A stretch of DNA of 64,000 nt, from the NCBI GenBank assembly GCA_018238155.1, contig JABCTZ010000037.1, positions 1 to 64,000 of the forward strand, written 5' to 3'. This document shows, piece by piece, positions 29,569-38,896 of this stretch (the first letter of the stretch is position 1; each line of letters opens with the position of its first letter). The stretch comes from Candidatus Heimdallarchaeota archaeon. GTDB lineage: Archaea; Asgardarchaeota; Heimdallarchaeia; JABLTI01. The notes beneath the pieces are model-generated. The model ran no database searches. It saw nothing but the letters and a program-made list of their open reading frames with translations, and was not told the origin of the DNA. Position numbers and translations under genes: made by a program.

Positions 29569-30738
29569 ATGGTAAGTTATAATTATCGTTGGAAAAGTAA
29601 GGACCAAAAAGAAATTGCTGAAGAAAATCTTATTATGTTTATTAAAAAGCAAATAGCAAATTACAGTCCATTTTACCGTGAATGGTTTAAACAACATGAA
29701 ATCGATGTATCTAAAATAAAAACAATTTCTGATGTACGAAAAATACCAATAACAACAAAAGCTGAACATTCATCAGACCCCTATTCTTTTATTTTAAAAC
29801 CATATATGCCGGAATGGTGGGAGTGTAAATTTGAAACAAAACCTCTTTCAAGATTACAATCGTTTAAATATTGGTTGAAATCACAAAACAAAAGTTACTT
29901 TCGAGAAATTTTTAGCAAAGAACCTATGAAAGATGAAGAAAAAACAATTACTGAAGCTTCTAACGATTGGTTACCAGTTCATTTCCACACAACAGAAAGT
30001 GCAAAAGACCCACGTTTGATAGCATACACAAAACGTGATTTAAAGAAGAATATACCGGAAATTGCAGCTCAAATTTATTCCACAGGGTTTAGATCATATT
30101 GGGAAGTTTTTAGTTTAATCCCTGCATCTCCATCAATCAATTTCTTCCAAAGTGTTTGGGCACCTCTTTCAGTTGGAGGAGGATCTTTCTTTACTTGTGG
30201 TGAAAATATTACTTCAATTGATACCCAAATTGAATTAGTAAATAAAATTACTTTCGAAGTATTCTTAGGTAAACCAACATTTGTACTCAAGTGGCTAAAA
30301 GCAGCTATTATTAAACTCAAGAAAAACAAAATTTCTCCAATAACTAGTGTAAAATTATGTATCTTATCAGGTGAAACTTTAAAGTCGAAAGATAAAACTA
30401 AAATTAAAGAACTATTTTCTCAACTTGGTTCGGAACCAAGTATCATTGAAAATTATTCTAATAATCGTACAAAGGTATCATTTACGGAATGTTCAGAAAA
30501 TTCAGGCATTCATTTAAATCCAAGATATTTCTTCTGGGAAGTATTAGATCAAAAGACCTTAGAACCTGTTGAAGAAGGAGAAAGTGGGTATCTCTGTTTT
30601 AGTCATATTGATTGGCGTGGGACAGTGTTTTTACGTTATAACACGGGTGACCTTATTGGAGGTCTAGAATGGAAAAAATGCGATTCGTGTGGATTGACAA
30701 TGCCAATAATCAAAGGACCAATTACACGTAAAATGTAA
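29569..30738 (+). CDS. Phenylacetate-CoA ligase (PaaK)-like adenylate-forming domain, degenerate
   Basis: 'YSPFYREWF', 'IPITTK', 'FLRYNTGDL', 'CDSCG'. The SSGTTG loop is replaced and the C-terminal domain is absent. Confidence 0.75.
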   Translation: MVSYNYRWKSKDQKEIAEENLIMFIKKQIANYSPFYREWFKQHEIDVSKIKTISDVRKIPITTKAEHSSDPYSFILKPYMPEWWECKFETKPLSRLQSFKYWLKSQNKSYFREIFSKEPMKDEEKTITEASNDWLPVHFHTTESAKDPRLIAYTKRDLKKNIPEIAAQIYSTGFRSYWEVFSLIPASPSINFFQSVWAPLSVGGGSFFTCGENITSIDTQIELVNKITFEVFLGKPTFVLKWLKAAIIKLKKNKISPITSVKLCILSGETLKSKDKTKIKELFSQLGSEPSIIENYSNNRTKVSFTECSENSGIHLNPRYFFWEVLDQKTLEPVEEGESGYLCFSHIDWRGTVFLRYNTGDLIGGLEWKKCDSCGLTMPIIKGPITRKM

Positions 30739-30833
30739 TTGGTAACTTTTTACTTTAAAACCCAAAGTAATTTATTATTTCTCAAAAAATAAAGAAAAAT
30801 GAACCTCCATTTTGGAGGAAAGAAATATTTAGA

Positions 30834-31439
30834 TTATTTCACGGGTCGTTTTTCAACAGTATCAAGATAATACAAAACGTTCATTGTTGAAAAGACCATA
30901 ATGATTATCACAATTCCAATACCTAACCAAAAAGTTGGTGAAATTCTAACTGTTGATGCAATGAAATCATTGTCACTAGGCCAACCTTCAAGGGGTCTTG
31001 GAGAGCCTGAGGCCCAACGCTCGTAGATAAGGCTACCTATAAGATATATTATACTACCAAGAAAAACACCGCCACCACCAACTGGACCTGGTCTTTCTCT
31101 TGTAAAATAGCATGGTTTATTTTGATAAGTTAACCAAAATTGATAGGTTGCTCCTACAGTAATAATAAATAAACCTATACCAATCAATACTGATGCTGAT
31201 ATTGGAAAATTCAATAACTCAGCAACATTGCCAAAAGTACCTTGGGCAAGTTTGTCTGATCGCCACCTACCACTCCACTTAGTGAAATAAGTATAATGAT
31301 TATCATTATCACCAAAGTGGTTTACATAGGGAACAGCCATTGTAAAGAGAAGTAAAGTAAATGCGCCTAATAATACGCCTATTCCAATCCATTTTTGAGA
31401 TGGTCTCGTCATTTCATAACCCAAATGTTTTGCCTCCAA
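30834..31439 (-). CDS. Four-TM membrane protein
   Basis: Four hydrophobic segments with a long first loop containing 'W-S-G-R-W'. Confidence 0.75.
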   Translation of the reverse strand: MEAKHLGYEMTRPSQKWIGIGVLLGAFTLLLFTMAVPYVNHFGDNDNHYTYFTKWSGRWRSDKLAQGTFGNVAELLNFPISASVLIGIGLFIITVGATYQFWLTYQNKPCYFTRERPGPVGGGGVFLGSIIYLIGSLIYERWASGSPRPLEGWPSDNDFIASTVRISPTFWLGIGIVIIIMVFSTMNVLYYLDTVEKRPVK

Positions 31440-31585
31440 TGATAAATAAGGAGAGAATTATTGTTTTTAATTCTTTTGATAAGTGTTCGTTAATTCTTAT
31501 TATTTGCATACACTTAATGTTTCATAACGAAAAACTTTTTCTATGTTTTTATTGCTAGATAATATACAAGTACGAGTGATAAACT

Positions 31586-31930
31586 TTGACAAAAGATCTA
31601 TCTATTCATATTAAAATCTGGTTTGAAAGAAAAGATGAATCTGTTATTGGACCAGGTCGAATGGCAATTTTAGATGCAATAGATCAAACAGGTTCTCTGA
31701 CTCAAGCAACAGAAATGTGTAATATATCCTTTCGAAAAGCTTGGAAACTTATCAATGAAATTAATGATAAAATGGAACAACCTGTAATTTCTACCGCACG
31801 AGGAGGTAAAGGAGGAGGAGGTGGAACAACTCTTACAGAATACGGGAAGAAGTTGTTAATGCAATACAAAAAAATTCAGTCTATATTAGAAGGTGTGGTA
31901 AGTAATCCGGATATCTGGTCAGAAATATAA
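31586..31930 (+). CDS. ModE N-terminal-type HTH regulator (no molybdate-binding domain)
   Basis: 'IGPGRMAILDAIDQTGSLTQA..ISFRKAW...RGGKGGGGGTTLTEYG'. Confidence 0.9.
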   Translation: MTKDLSIHIKIWFERKDESVIGPGRMAILDAIDQTGSLTQATEMCNISFRKAWKLINEINDKMEQPVISTARGGKGGGGGTTLTEYGKKLLMQYKKIQSILEGVVSNPDIWSEI

Positions 31931-31955
31931 AATGAGAATATATTGAGAATAGACT

Positions 31956-33080
31956 CTACTGCTCATTTTCTAAATCATCATCTTCCAAACGCTTTCGTTC
32001 AGCGTTTAATCTATCAAGGAAACTAAATCTACTAGATTCTTTTTTCTTTGGTGGAGGTGATTCAACGACTACTTGTTGTTCAACGGGAGGTTGTGAAATA
32101 ATAGGGCGTTCAACAGGAGGTTGTGGAATAATGGGACGTTCAACGGGAGGTTGTGGAATAACAGGTTGTTCCATTATTGGAGGAGTAATTGTGCTTATGG
32201 GTTGAGTTGCTGTTTTCTCAGGTTCTGTAGGAGGTTCAATAACAGGTTGTTCATTTAAATCGGCAGCAGTTGGAGCTAATGATATTGGTTCAGTAAAGGA
32301 AGGTTTAGCAGACTCTTTTTGCTCAACTACACCTACAATGGGAGGAGTTACTATACTTGCCTGAGGTACTATTGGAGCTGTTTGATTTATTGGCAGAATT
32401 GTATTTGCCATAATATTATCTACCGTTGGAGCTTCAATTGAAGGTACTCTTCCAATACCCAAAGGTTGAGCAGACAAGTGTTGAGAACCAGAAATTGTAT
32501 GAACTTCAGGTTGCTGTGGATGAGTAGTATCTACCATTTCAGTAGAAGGCATCGTCATTCCTTTCTTATCTAAAATCATCAACTTACTAATTGCTTCGAA
32601 TGTTTCTGTAATGCCAATCCCTTTCAGGCTTGTTGTAGGGATGTAAAAAGAGATATTGAGTCTTTTTGCGGTTTCTAAACCTTCTTCATTCAGTACTTCA
32701 CGAAGCTCTTCAACATCATTCTTTGTACTAACAAGAACCTTTGGGATATTGATATCCTCTAATTTGTTTATCCATCGATCAAGAGAATCGAGAGTATCTC
32801 TTCGTGTAGTATCATAACAAAGGATGGCACCATGTGCACCTTTTGTGAAGATATTACTTATTTCGGCAAATTGATCTTGACCACCAATATCACAAATCTG
32901 TAACGTTACTTCTTCTCCATCAACAACTAGTTTTTTGCTAAAGAAATCAGCACCAATAGATAATTTGTAGCTTCCAAAGAATTCACCGGTAGTTAGGTAA
33001 TTACAAATAGATGTTTTACCAATTCCACCATCACCAAGGACTACAACTTTGAAGAAGGTCGCCACTAAATATGTCTCCAT
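31956..33080 (-). CDS. Rab-like small GTPase with a long Pro-rich C-terminal tail
   Basis: G1 GDGGIGKT, 'SIGADF', G3 DIGGQ, G4 TKND, then a ~200-aa P/Q/E-rich tail. Confidence 0.92.
   Translation of the reverse strand: METYLVATFFKVVVLGDGGIGKTSICNYLTTGEFFGSYKLSIGADFFSKKLVVDGEEVTLQICDIGGQDQFAEISNIFTKGAHGAILCYDTTRRDTLDSLDRWINKLEDINIPKVLVSTKNDVEELREVLNEEGLETAKRLNISFYIPTTSLKGIGITETFEAISKLMILDKKGMTMPSTEMVDTTHPQQPEVHTISGSQHLSAQPLGIGRVPSIEAPTVDNIMANTILPINQTAPIVPQASIVTPPIVGVVEQKESAKPSFTEPISLAPTAADLNEQPVIEPPTEPEKTATQPISTITPPIMEQPVIPQPPVERPIIPQPPVERPIISQPPVEQQVVVESPPPKKKESSRFSFLDRLNAERKRLEDDDLENEQ
32081..32170. repeat. 30-bp tandem repeat x3 encoding E(R/Q)P(I/V)I(P/S)QPP(V/M) units
   Basis: caacgggaggttgtgaaataatagggcgtt / caacaggaggttgtggaataatgggacgtt / caacgggaggttgtggaataacaggttgtt. 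Confidence 0.9.
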
Positions 33081-33452
33081 TTATTTCATTGTATGATTTA
33101 TATATTAAGCTCAAATTAAACATTTGTAAAGCATTTATTTACATATTTCCTACTAAATTTACCTATTTAAGTTTTCGATACGTACTATCTTCAGACAAAA
33201 TATTTCTTAAATATCCTTTGTCTATATCTTAAAAATAAGCTTTTTTAATATATAATACCATTCGTTTAAGAGTTTGACAACAGCAGGAGAGAATTTTACT
33301 TCTTTTCTTTCGAAAATTACGATTTAGAGGAAAAACTCTTATTTACTGAACAAAATGTTAATGAGATTTGTATTGACAAATCTATCAGTTATAGATATAA
33401 TTATTAATAAATAGAATAGAAATCATTACAAAGCCATCAAATATCAGTAGAT

Positions 33453-33989
33453 ATGGATAAGTGTTATTCAATGAAACTCTCAAAAATTATTAAAAACAGG
33501 AAGGCAATGACCCCCTTAATGATTGGATTGATTGTCGCTGCATCAGTAGTAGCTGTTTTCTTTGTTATAATGGCTGCAGTAGTTCCTTCCATGAGTCAAA
33601 ACATAAACATGCAAATTAGAGAGGAACTCATTATTGGAAATTCCACTAGCGATCATTTTTCCTTGGATTTTGACATAATGTGCGATTATGAAGCAGGTGA
33701 AGTTTGGAGAGCAGAAATATATAAAAATAGTTCAACTCAAAATGCCTTTACACTTTATGGTTATACAAGTTTAACTGATGAAGTTTCCTTTAAGAGAAAT
33801 GAGGAAAGAACAATTAAAGTATTATACTTTACAGCTGAAGCAGGTGTAGATCCAACTGAAGTTGATGGTGTTCGATTAATTTTCCAAGTTGGGGATGAGT
33901 ATGTTCTAAGAGTATACTATAGACCTCTTGATAAACCAGAAGAAACAAGCTTATTTACAGAAGCAACATTTGAATTTAAAACAAAATGA
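33453..33989 (+). CDS. Type IV pilin/archaellin-like protein (class III signal peptide)
   Basis: 'KNRKA|MTPLMIGLIVAASVVAVFFVIM' is a PibD-type cleavage site plus hydrophobic helix, followed by a beta-rich domain. Confidence 0.7.
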   Translation: MDKCYSMKLSKIIKNRKAMTPLMIGLIVAASVVAVFFVIMAAVVPSMSQNINMQIREELIIGNSTSDHFSLDFDIMCDYEAGEVWRAEIYKNSSTQNAFTLYGYTSLTDEVSFKRNEERTIKVLYFTAEAGVDPTEVDGVRLIFQVGDEYVLRVYYRPLDKPEETSLFTEATFEFKTK

Positions 33990-34148
33990 TTTTGAAGGAA
34001 AGCTATTTTTCCTTATTTTTTTTATTTTCTATTTTCCAGTCATTCTTTCTAATACGAAAAATCCAAATGCAAACATTTTAAAAGCGTTTTAGGTATGTAA
34101 ATGTATGTAGAATAAATTACACTTTTATACATAAGTTGTGATACAAAA

Positions 34149-35612
34149 ATGGTTGAGAAAATAATTGACATTTCAGTAATGAATGTCGGTGAAATTGATG
34201 GGCGCGCTTATATGAATAAGCGTGATATGGAAAGAATTGGTGTCGATGATTTTGATATCATTCAGCTAATTAATGAATTTGAAGACAGCTGTGCAGTACA
34301 AGTTCTTGAAAATGACGAAGTGGAAGCAGATACTGTTGCAGTAGATAACGGAATTCTCGATTCCGCGAACATTAGCGATGGCGATAGGGTGAAAGTAAGA
34401 AAAGCCCAAATAAAAGATGAAGCAATAACTAGAGTGAAGTTTGGTATTGAACCTCTTGAAGGTCAACCTGTTGAAGAATGTATAACATACATTTTAGAGA
34501 ATTTTGATGAATTAACATCAGTAATAAGAAATCGACCTGTATATCGTAATTTACAAATTGATTGGCCAGATGCTGGATGTGGACACGTCAAAATAACCTT
34601 TTTAGATGCAGATCCAGATATGGAAGGCGACGAAGTTGGTATCATTGATCCTTCAGGAAAAGAAGTAGAAGTTCAATTAGTACCTGCAAGTGAAATGTCC
34701 TTCAATGCAGTTTTGATTCTCGACGTATCAGGCTCAATGAGTAAAATTGATATGATTGTCAAAGGAACTGGAACGGCAGTTGAAGGGTTAAGAAGAGGTC
34801 TTAAAGGAAGTAAAGACTTAGACAAACTCTTAGATGAATTCGAAGAGAAGAAAGTATCTCGAATTAAAGGTGCTGCCTTAGCAACTCTATTGTTCCTTTC
34901 ACAAAAAGTTAGTCGTGGATGGGGTGAACAATTATCTATCCTCAGTTTTGCAGGGGATGTTGATGTTTTTGAAATTGAATATGGTTCTGGTGGACCCACG
35001 CCGGTCATAGCATGCACAGGTCAAGCAAAATCAGCTGGTCTAGAAATCATTGCTGATTATGTTTCCAAGAGATGTTCCAAAGGTGGTGGACTTACATTCA
35101 TGAGTGGTGCAATTCAACAAGCTTATGAAATGACAAAGCAATTCGAACCAAATTCAATAACTGGTAAGATGAATCCAGCAATGATTATTCTTCTAACTGA
35201 CGGTCAACCAAACAAAGGAAACGGTCTTGGAATAAACCCAGTTCCTGTTGCACGCAAATGTGCTCGAGATTATCCAAATACTATTCTCTATACCATTGGT
35301 CTTGGTGAAGCAGATAAAAGACTACTCAAGAAATTATCAGAAATTGGTAGAGGAGAATTTTATGAAGCAAATGATCTTGGTGAATTAACTAAATTCTACG
35401 ACCTCTTAGCAAGACGATTTATGATCGCCTTAAAAACTGAACCAACTGAACTTGTTGAACAAGTTCCAGAAGACTTCTTTGATACTGTTGCTGATGACGA
35501 AGAAAGCGATGAAGTCGAATTAGCTCTTGAAGAAGACTACGGTGGTGCAGGCGAAGATATAGAAGAATTCGAAGAAGAATTCGTAGAAGAAATCGAAGAA
35601 GAAGAAAATTAA
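34149..35612 (+). CDS. Cdc48/VAT N-domain-like + von Willebrand A domain protein with an acidic tail
   Basis: N-term 'GRAYMNKRDMERIGVDDFDII...DNGILDSANISDGDRVKVRKA' resembles the Cdc48 double-psi barrel. MIDAS 'DVSGS', 'GLT', 'LLTDG', 'YTIGLG'. Confidence 0.8.
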   Translation: MVEKIIDISVMNVGEIDGRAYMNKRDMERIGVDDFDIIQLINEFEDSCAVQVLENDEVEADTVAVDNGILDSANISDGDRVKVRKAQIKDEAITRVKFGIEPLEGQPVEECITYILENFDELTSVIRNRPVYRNLQIDWPDAGCGHVKITFLDADPDMEGDEVGIIDPSGKEVEVQLVPASEMSFNAVLILDVSGSMSKIDMIVKGTGTAVEGLRRGLKGSKDLDKLLDEFEEKKVSRIKGAALATLLFLSQKVSRGWGEQLSILSFAGDVDVFEIEYGSGGPTPVIACTGQAKSAGLEIIADYVSKRCSKGGGLTFMSGAIQQAYEMTKQFEPNSITGKMNPAMIILLTDGQPNKGNGLGINPVPVARKCARDYPNTILYTIGLGEADKRLLKKLSEIGRGEFYEANDLGELTKFYDLLARRFMIALKTEPTELVEQVPEDFFDTVADDEESDEVELALEEDYGGAGEDIEEFEEEFVEEIEEEEN

Positions 35613-35745
35613 GAAAAAATCTTCTTCAATATTTTCCTTTTTTAATCAATAGTATTTTTTTTTTGATGAAGTCTTTTTTTCAACTTAGTATTTACTCATA
35701 GAAAAGAAAAAAAGATCGATTTACTCGATCAATTAACGATTGATT

Positions 35746-36423
35746 TTAAACGAGCGATAATATTAAGGATAACTCAACTTCTGGAATCAGAGAAATCCCG
35801 AAGATTGCTAACGAAATAATTTGGAATATTCCCCAACCAATACAGAATAAGGACACAATTATTGCAACGGGCATCCAGTTTAGTATTTTACCAATCATCG
35901 CCATCTGTTCTGTCAGTGTTCTAACTAATACAAATATAATAATATCTGCTGCTAAGAAAACTGCAAAATAAATCCATTTACCTTGTCCTAAATCACCGAA
36001 AGCTGCTGCGAAAATCGCTGCTCCAAGAAATCCTCCAAGCAAAGCAACAAGAGCAGTAATCGGAGTATCCTCTAAAGTTCTGAGAGTTAGCAGTGCACCA
36101 ATAACAACCATAACAATTATTGTTAAAGGATTAAACCAAACCATCCATGGGTATTCATCGGGAACATTAACTGCTAGAAAACCAGCAAGCATTAGTGTTA
36201 ACACACCCAAAACAATGCCCACTTTCTCCATGACAGCAACCATTGAGAAGAGCATATTTCTTTCGCTTTCATCATTTTTCTCAATTCGAGCAAATTTTCG
36301 AATTATTCCTGAAGAAACAACTACAGCATCCAGAATAAGGACAATTGGTGAAAGAATAAACATTGCAAATTCAAATGCGTGTTCCATGATAAATTTCACC
36401 TGATATATGAATGAATAGTACAA
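35746..36423 (-). CDS. Polytopic membrane protein (about 6 TM)
   Basis: Strongly hydrophobic ORF, co-oriented downstream of the NuoH-like gene. Confidence 0.7.
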   Translation of the reverse strand: MYYSFIYQVKFIMEHAFEFAMFILSPIVLILDAVVVSSGIIRKFARIEKNDESERNMLFSMVAVMEKVGIVLGVLTLMLAGFLAVNVPDEYPWMVWFNPLTIIVMVVIGALLTLRTLEDTPITALVALLGGFLGAAIFAAAFGDLGQGKWIYFAVFLAADIIIFVLVRTLTEQMAMIGKILNWMPVAIIVSLFCIGWGIFQIISLAIFGISLIPEVELSLILSLV

Positions 36424-36453
36424 GCTATCTTATTAAGCTATTCAATTACGCAT

Positions 36454-37494
36454 TTAACTTATACCTTTTACTGCAGCAACTCCCCCAACAACTATAAGAG
36501 TAATTAAAGCACCAGGGACTAGAAATTTGAAATTAGCATTTATTGCTTGATTTGACTTCAAGCGAGGAACAATGGCTTTTATTATTGTAATGCTCAACAT
36601 TACCAAACTTAATTTGAAAAGAAAATTCAACATATGAGCTAAAAGCTCATAACCAGCTAATATTGGAATAGGAAGATATGCTCCCCCAAGAAAGACAGAG
36701 ACTATAACTCCTGCAAGAGCTACTTCAAAAATACGCAGAGAGAGATTCCATACGTGAAGCTTCCAATTTATTGTTGTTGGAAGGCGAATAGATAGATCTG
36801 GTGTTGAATCCAATCTATCAAAATATGGTTGATCGAATTTGAAAGATAACGCGAATAGGGAAATTAGTGCACCCCAAGGTATAAGAAGAAATATTCCATA
36901 AATCTTGTTTTCATAAGCAATAAGGCGAATATCTTCGGCAAGGATACTGATACTCATAGATCTTCGAACGAGAGAGGGTCCTATAAATGCTAAGAATAAT
37001 GGAATGTCAAATAGAATAAATGTTAATGCCATTTTTAGTGCTTCGTATGTAGAGTGCTTCTCACCAACCCACAAAATAAAGAAGATGAGAACACCAATTA
37101 ACATACTAATTGTAAGTAAAAGTAACAAATCACCTTCAAAAGAAATTATGCCAACAATACCAGATGTTTTTCCAGGATTATTCCCAAAAGAACCTACAAT
37201 GGAAGAGAAATCACCTACAACACATATTGGTAGTAACAAAGCACTTGTTAAACTAAGAGTTAAGAAAAATAGTAGCAATATACCTTGAATAGCACTTCTT
37301 ATGTTTAGCTGCTCTTTCTCTCCTTTAAAACAAAGCTTGAAATGTTCTACAATTGGGATAAACATAGGAGAATCTTTGGGTTTAAAACTAAAACGTGAAT
37401 ATGATCTACTAACAATCTGTTCGAAGATAATAGTTAATCCAAGAATAAATAGAAAACCTGGAAAAATGAATATTTCTACCCACGGAATAGCCAT
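36454..37494 (-). CDS. Complex I subunit 1 (NuoH/HycD/MbhM)-like membrane protein, divergent
   Basis: 'IFIFPGFLF', 'PIVEHFKLCFK', 'QPYFD', 'VFLGG', 'IVPRLK' follow the NuoH layout. Confidence 0.75.
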   Translation of the reverse strand: MAIPWVEIFIFPGFLFILGLTIIFEQIVSRSYSRFSFKPKDSPMFIPIVEHFKLCFKGEKEQLNIRSAIQGILLLFFLTLSLTSALLLPICVVGDFSSIVGSFGNNPGKTSGIVGIISFEGDLLLLLTISMLIGVLIFFILWVGEKHSTYEALKMALTFILFDIPLFLAFIGPSLVRRSMSISILAEDIRLIAYENKIYGIFLLIPWGALISLFALSFKFDQPYFDRLDSTPDLSIRLPTTINWKLHVWNLSLRIFEVALAGVIVSVFLGGAYLPIPILAGYELLAHMLNFLFKLSLVMLSITIIKAIVPRLKSNQAINANFKFLVPGALITLIVVGGVAAVKGIS

Positions 37495-37589
37495 ATTATT
37501 AACTCCTAATTATTTCTCATTAGATGAATGAATAAATGATATATTTGAATTACTTTAAACCTTTTGTAATATTTCTTGCTGAATTTTTT

Positions 37590-38771
37590 TCATCCTTTAA
37601 TTCCCCAGCCTTCCCCAACAAATAAAAGAATGGTTGAAATATCTTCAATTGCGCTTCCAGTTATTCGGGAAAGTAATCCTTGAGTATTAACCTTCATTGG
37701 ACAAGTTATTTTGATTAGTCTAGGATTATCTTTCTCTGTACCTTTCCTACTATGAACAAAACTAAACAATTCTCCAATAGGAGTTTCTACTCTAACAATA
37801 GTGTTACTTGGGGCTAATTCAAATGAAGTTGCAGAATTATGAATGAGACCATCAGGCAAAGTTTGCAGAAGCTCTCTAACAATCTTTATTGATGCAATGA
37901 TCTCATCAAATAATATTGAAAATTCTCCAAAAAGATCACAAAAATCAGAAACGGGAATATCAAATGAAATGTCCTTATAGGCACAATATGGATCTGATTG
38001 TCGTACATCAGTAGTTATTCCTGAAGTTCTTGCTAAAGGTCCTACTAATGAAAGGTTTTTAGCTGTTTCTCTTGAGATAAATCCAACATCCTTTAACAAA
38101 CCCTTTACAAATGGGTTTCTTTGATTTCTAGTTTTAATTTTTTGTATTTTTCTTTCCATTAAAGAAAGTGTCTGATAGAGTGAAACTATATCGTCTTCTG
38201 TGATGTCAGCAAAAACACCACCAAATGTAATAAATGAAGAAGTTAAAGCAGGTTGAGTGATTTGTTCAATATGAACTAAAATATCTCTTCGCAATAACAA
38301 AACTCTTTGATGAAATATTGGATAGGAAATGCCTTTTGCTATTGTGCCAAGTTTGAGAAGATGACATTGAATTCTTTCTAATTCTAAAATAACAGAACGA
38401 ATATAATTTGCTCTAGCGGGAACAACAATTGGTTTTTTGGCTAATTTCTCAAAAGCCAGAGAAATTACTGTTTGATAATGAAATGGATGAGCAATCGCAT
38501 AAGATTTAGTAAGATGAAGTATTTTTTCCCAAGAATGTTTTTGAAATATTGGTTCGTAATTATTGCATGAACATAATCTTCCATCCAGCTTTGTTCCTTC
38601 AACTTTATTTGAGGATAGCTTCATCTGAATGTCCACCATCTCATTTGTGAACATATTTCGAAATATAATGCGTTTATCATAAATGGAAGAAATAACTCGG
38701 TTCTTATCAGATTTACTCACAATTGTATTCTCCATATTCAATAGATTATAACTATTAATTGGGAAATACAT
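37590..38771 (-). CDS. NuoD / group-4 hydrogenase large-subunit-like protein lacking NiFe ligands
   Basis: 'RANYIRSVILELERIQCHL', 'FGGV..D', 'VGPLARTSG..DVR', 'VETPIGE'. No CxxC Ni-binding motifs. Confidence 0.8.
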   Translation of the reverse strand: MYFPINSYNLLNMENTIVSKSDKNRVISSIYDKRIIFRNMFTNEMVDIQMKLSSNKVEGTKLDGRLCSCNNYEPIFQKHSWEKILHLTKSYAIAHPFHYQTVISLAFEKLAKKPIVVPARANYIRSVILELERIQCHLLKLGTIAKGISYPIFHQRVLLLRRDILVHIEQITQPALTSSFITFGGVFADITEDDIVSLYQTLSLMERKIQKIKTRNQRNPFVKGLLKDVGFISRETAKNLSLVGPLARTSGITTDVRQSDPYCAYKDISFDIPVSDFCDLFGEFSILFDEIIASIKIVRELLQTLPDGLIHNSATSFELAPSNTIVRVETPIGELFSFVHSRKGTEKDNPRLIKITCPMKVNTQGLLSRITGSAIEDISTILLFVGEGWGIKG

Positions 38772-38896
38772 TTTTGAATATTTGTGTTTGCTGATGAAAA
38801 GTTCGTTGAATCTAGTGATATTTAGAAATCAAAAGCTATAAAATCAAACAATGTTTTTAATGCAAAATGAATAGAATCAATATTGAATAATTTGAA

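Noticed and set aside
32081-32170. CRISPR-like 30-bp repeats
   Set aside because: Contiguous with no spacers, in frame within the GTPase tail, and no cas genes.
37590-38771. Functional [NiFe]-hydrogenase or selenocysteine read-through at its TGA
   Set aside because: No Ni-binding motifs, and the sequence after the TGA is an A-rich non-coding tract.
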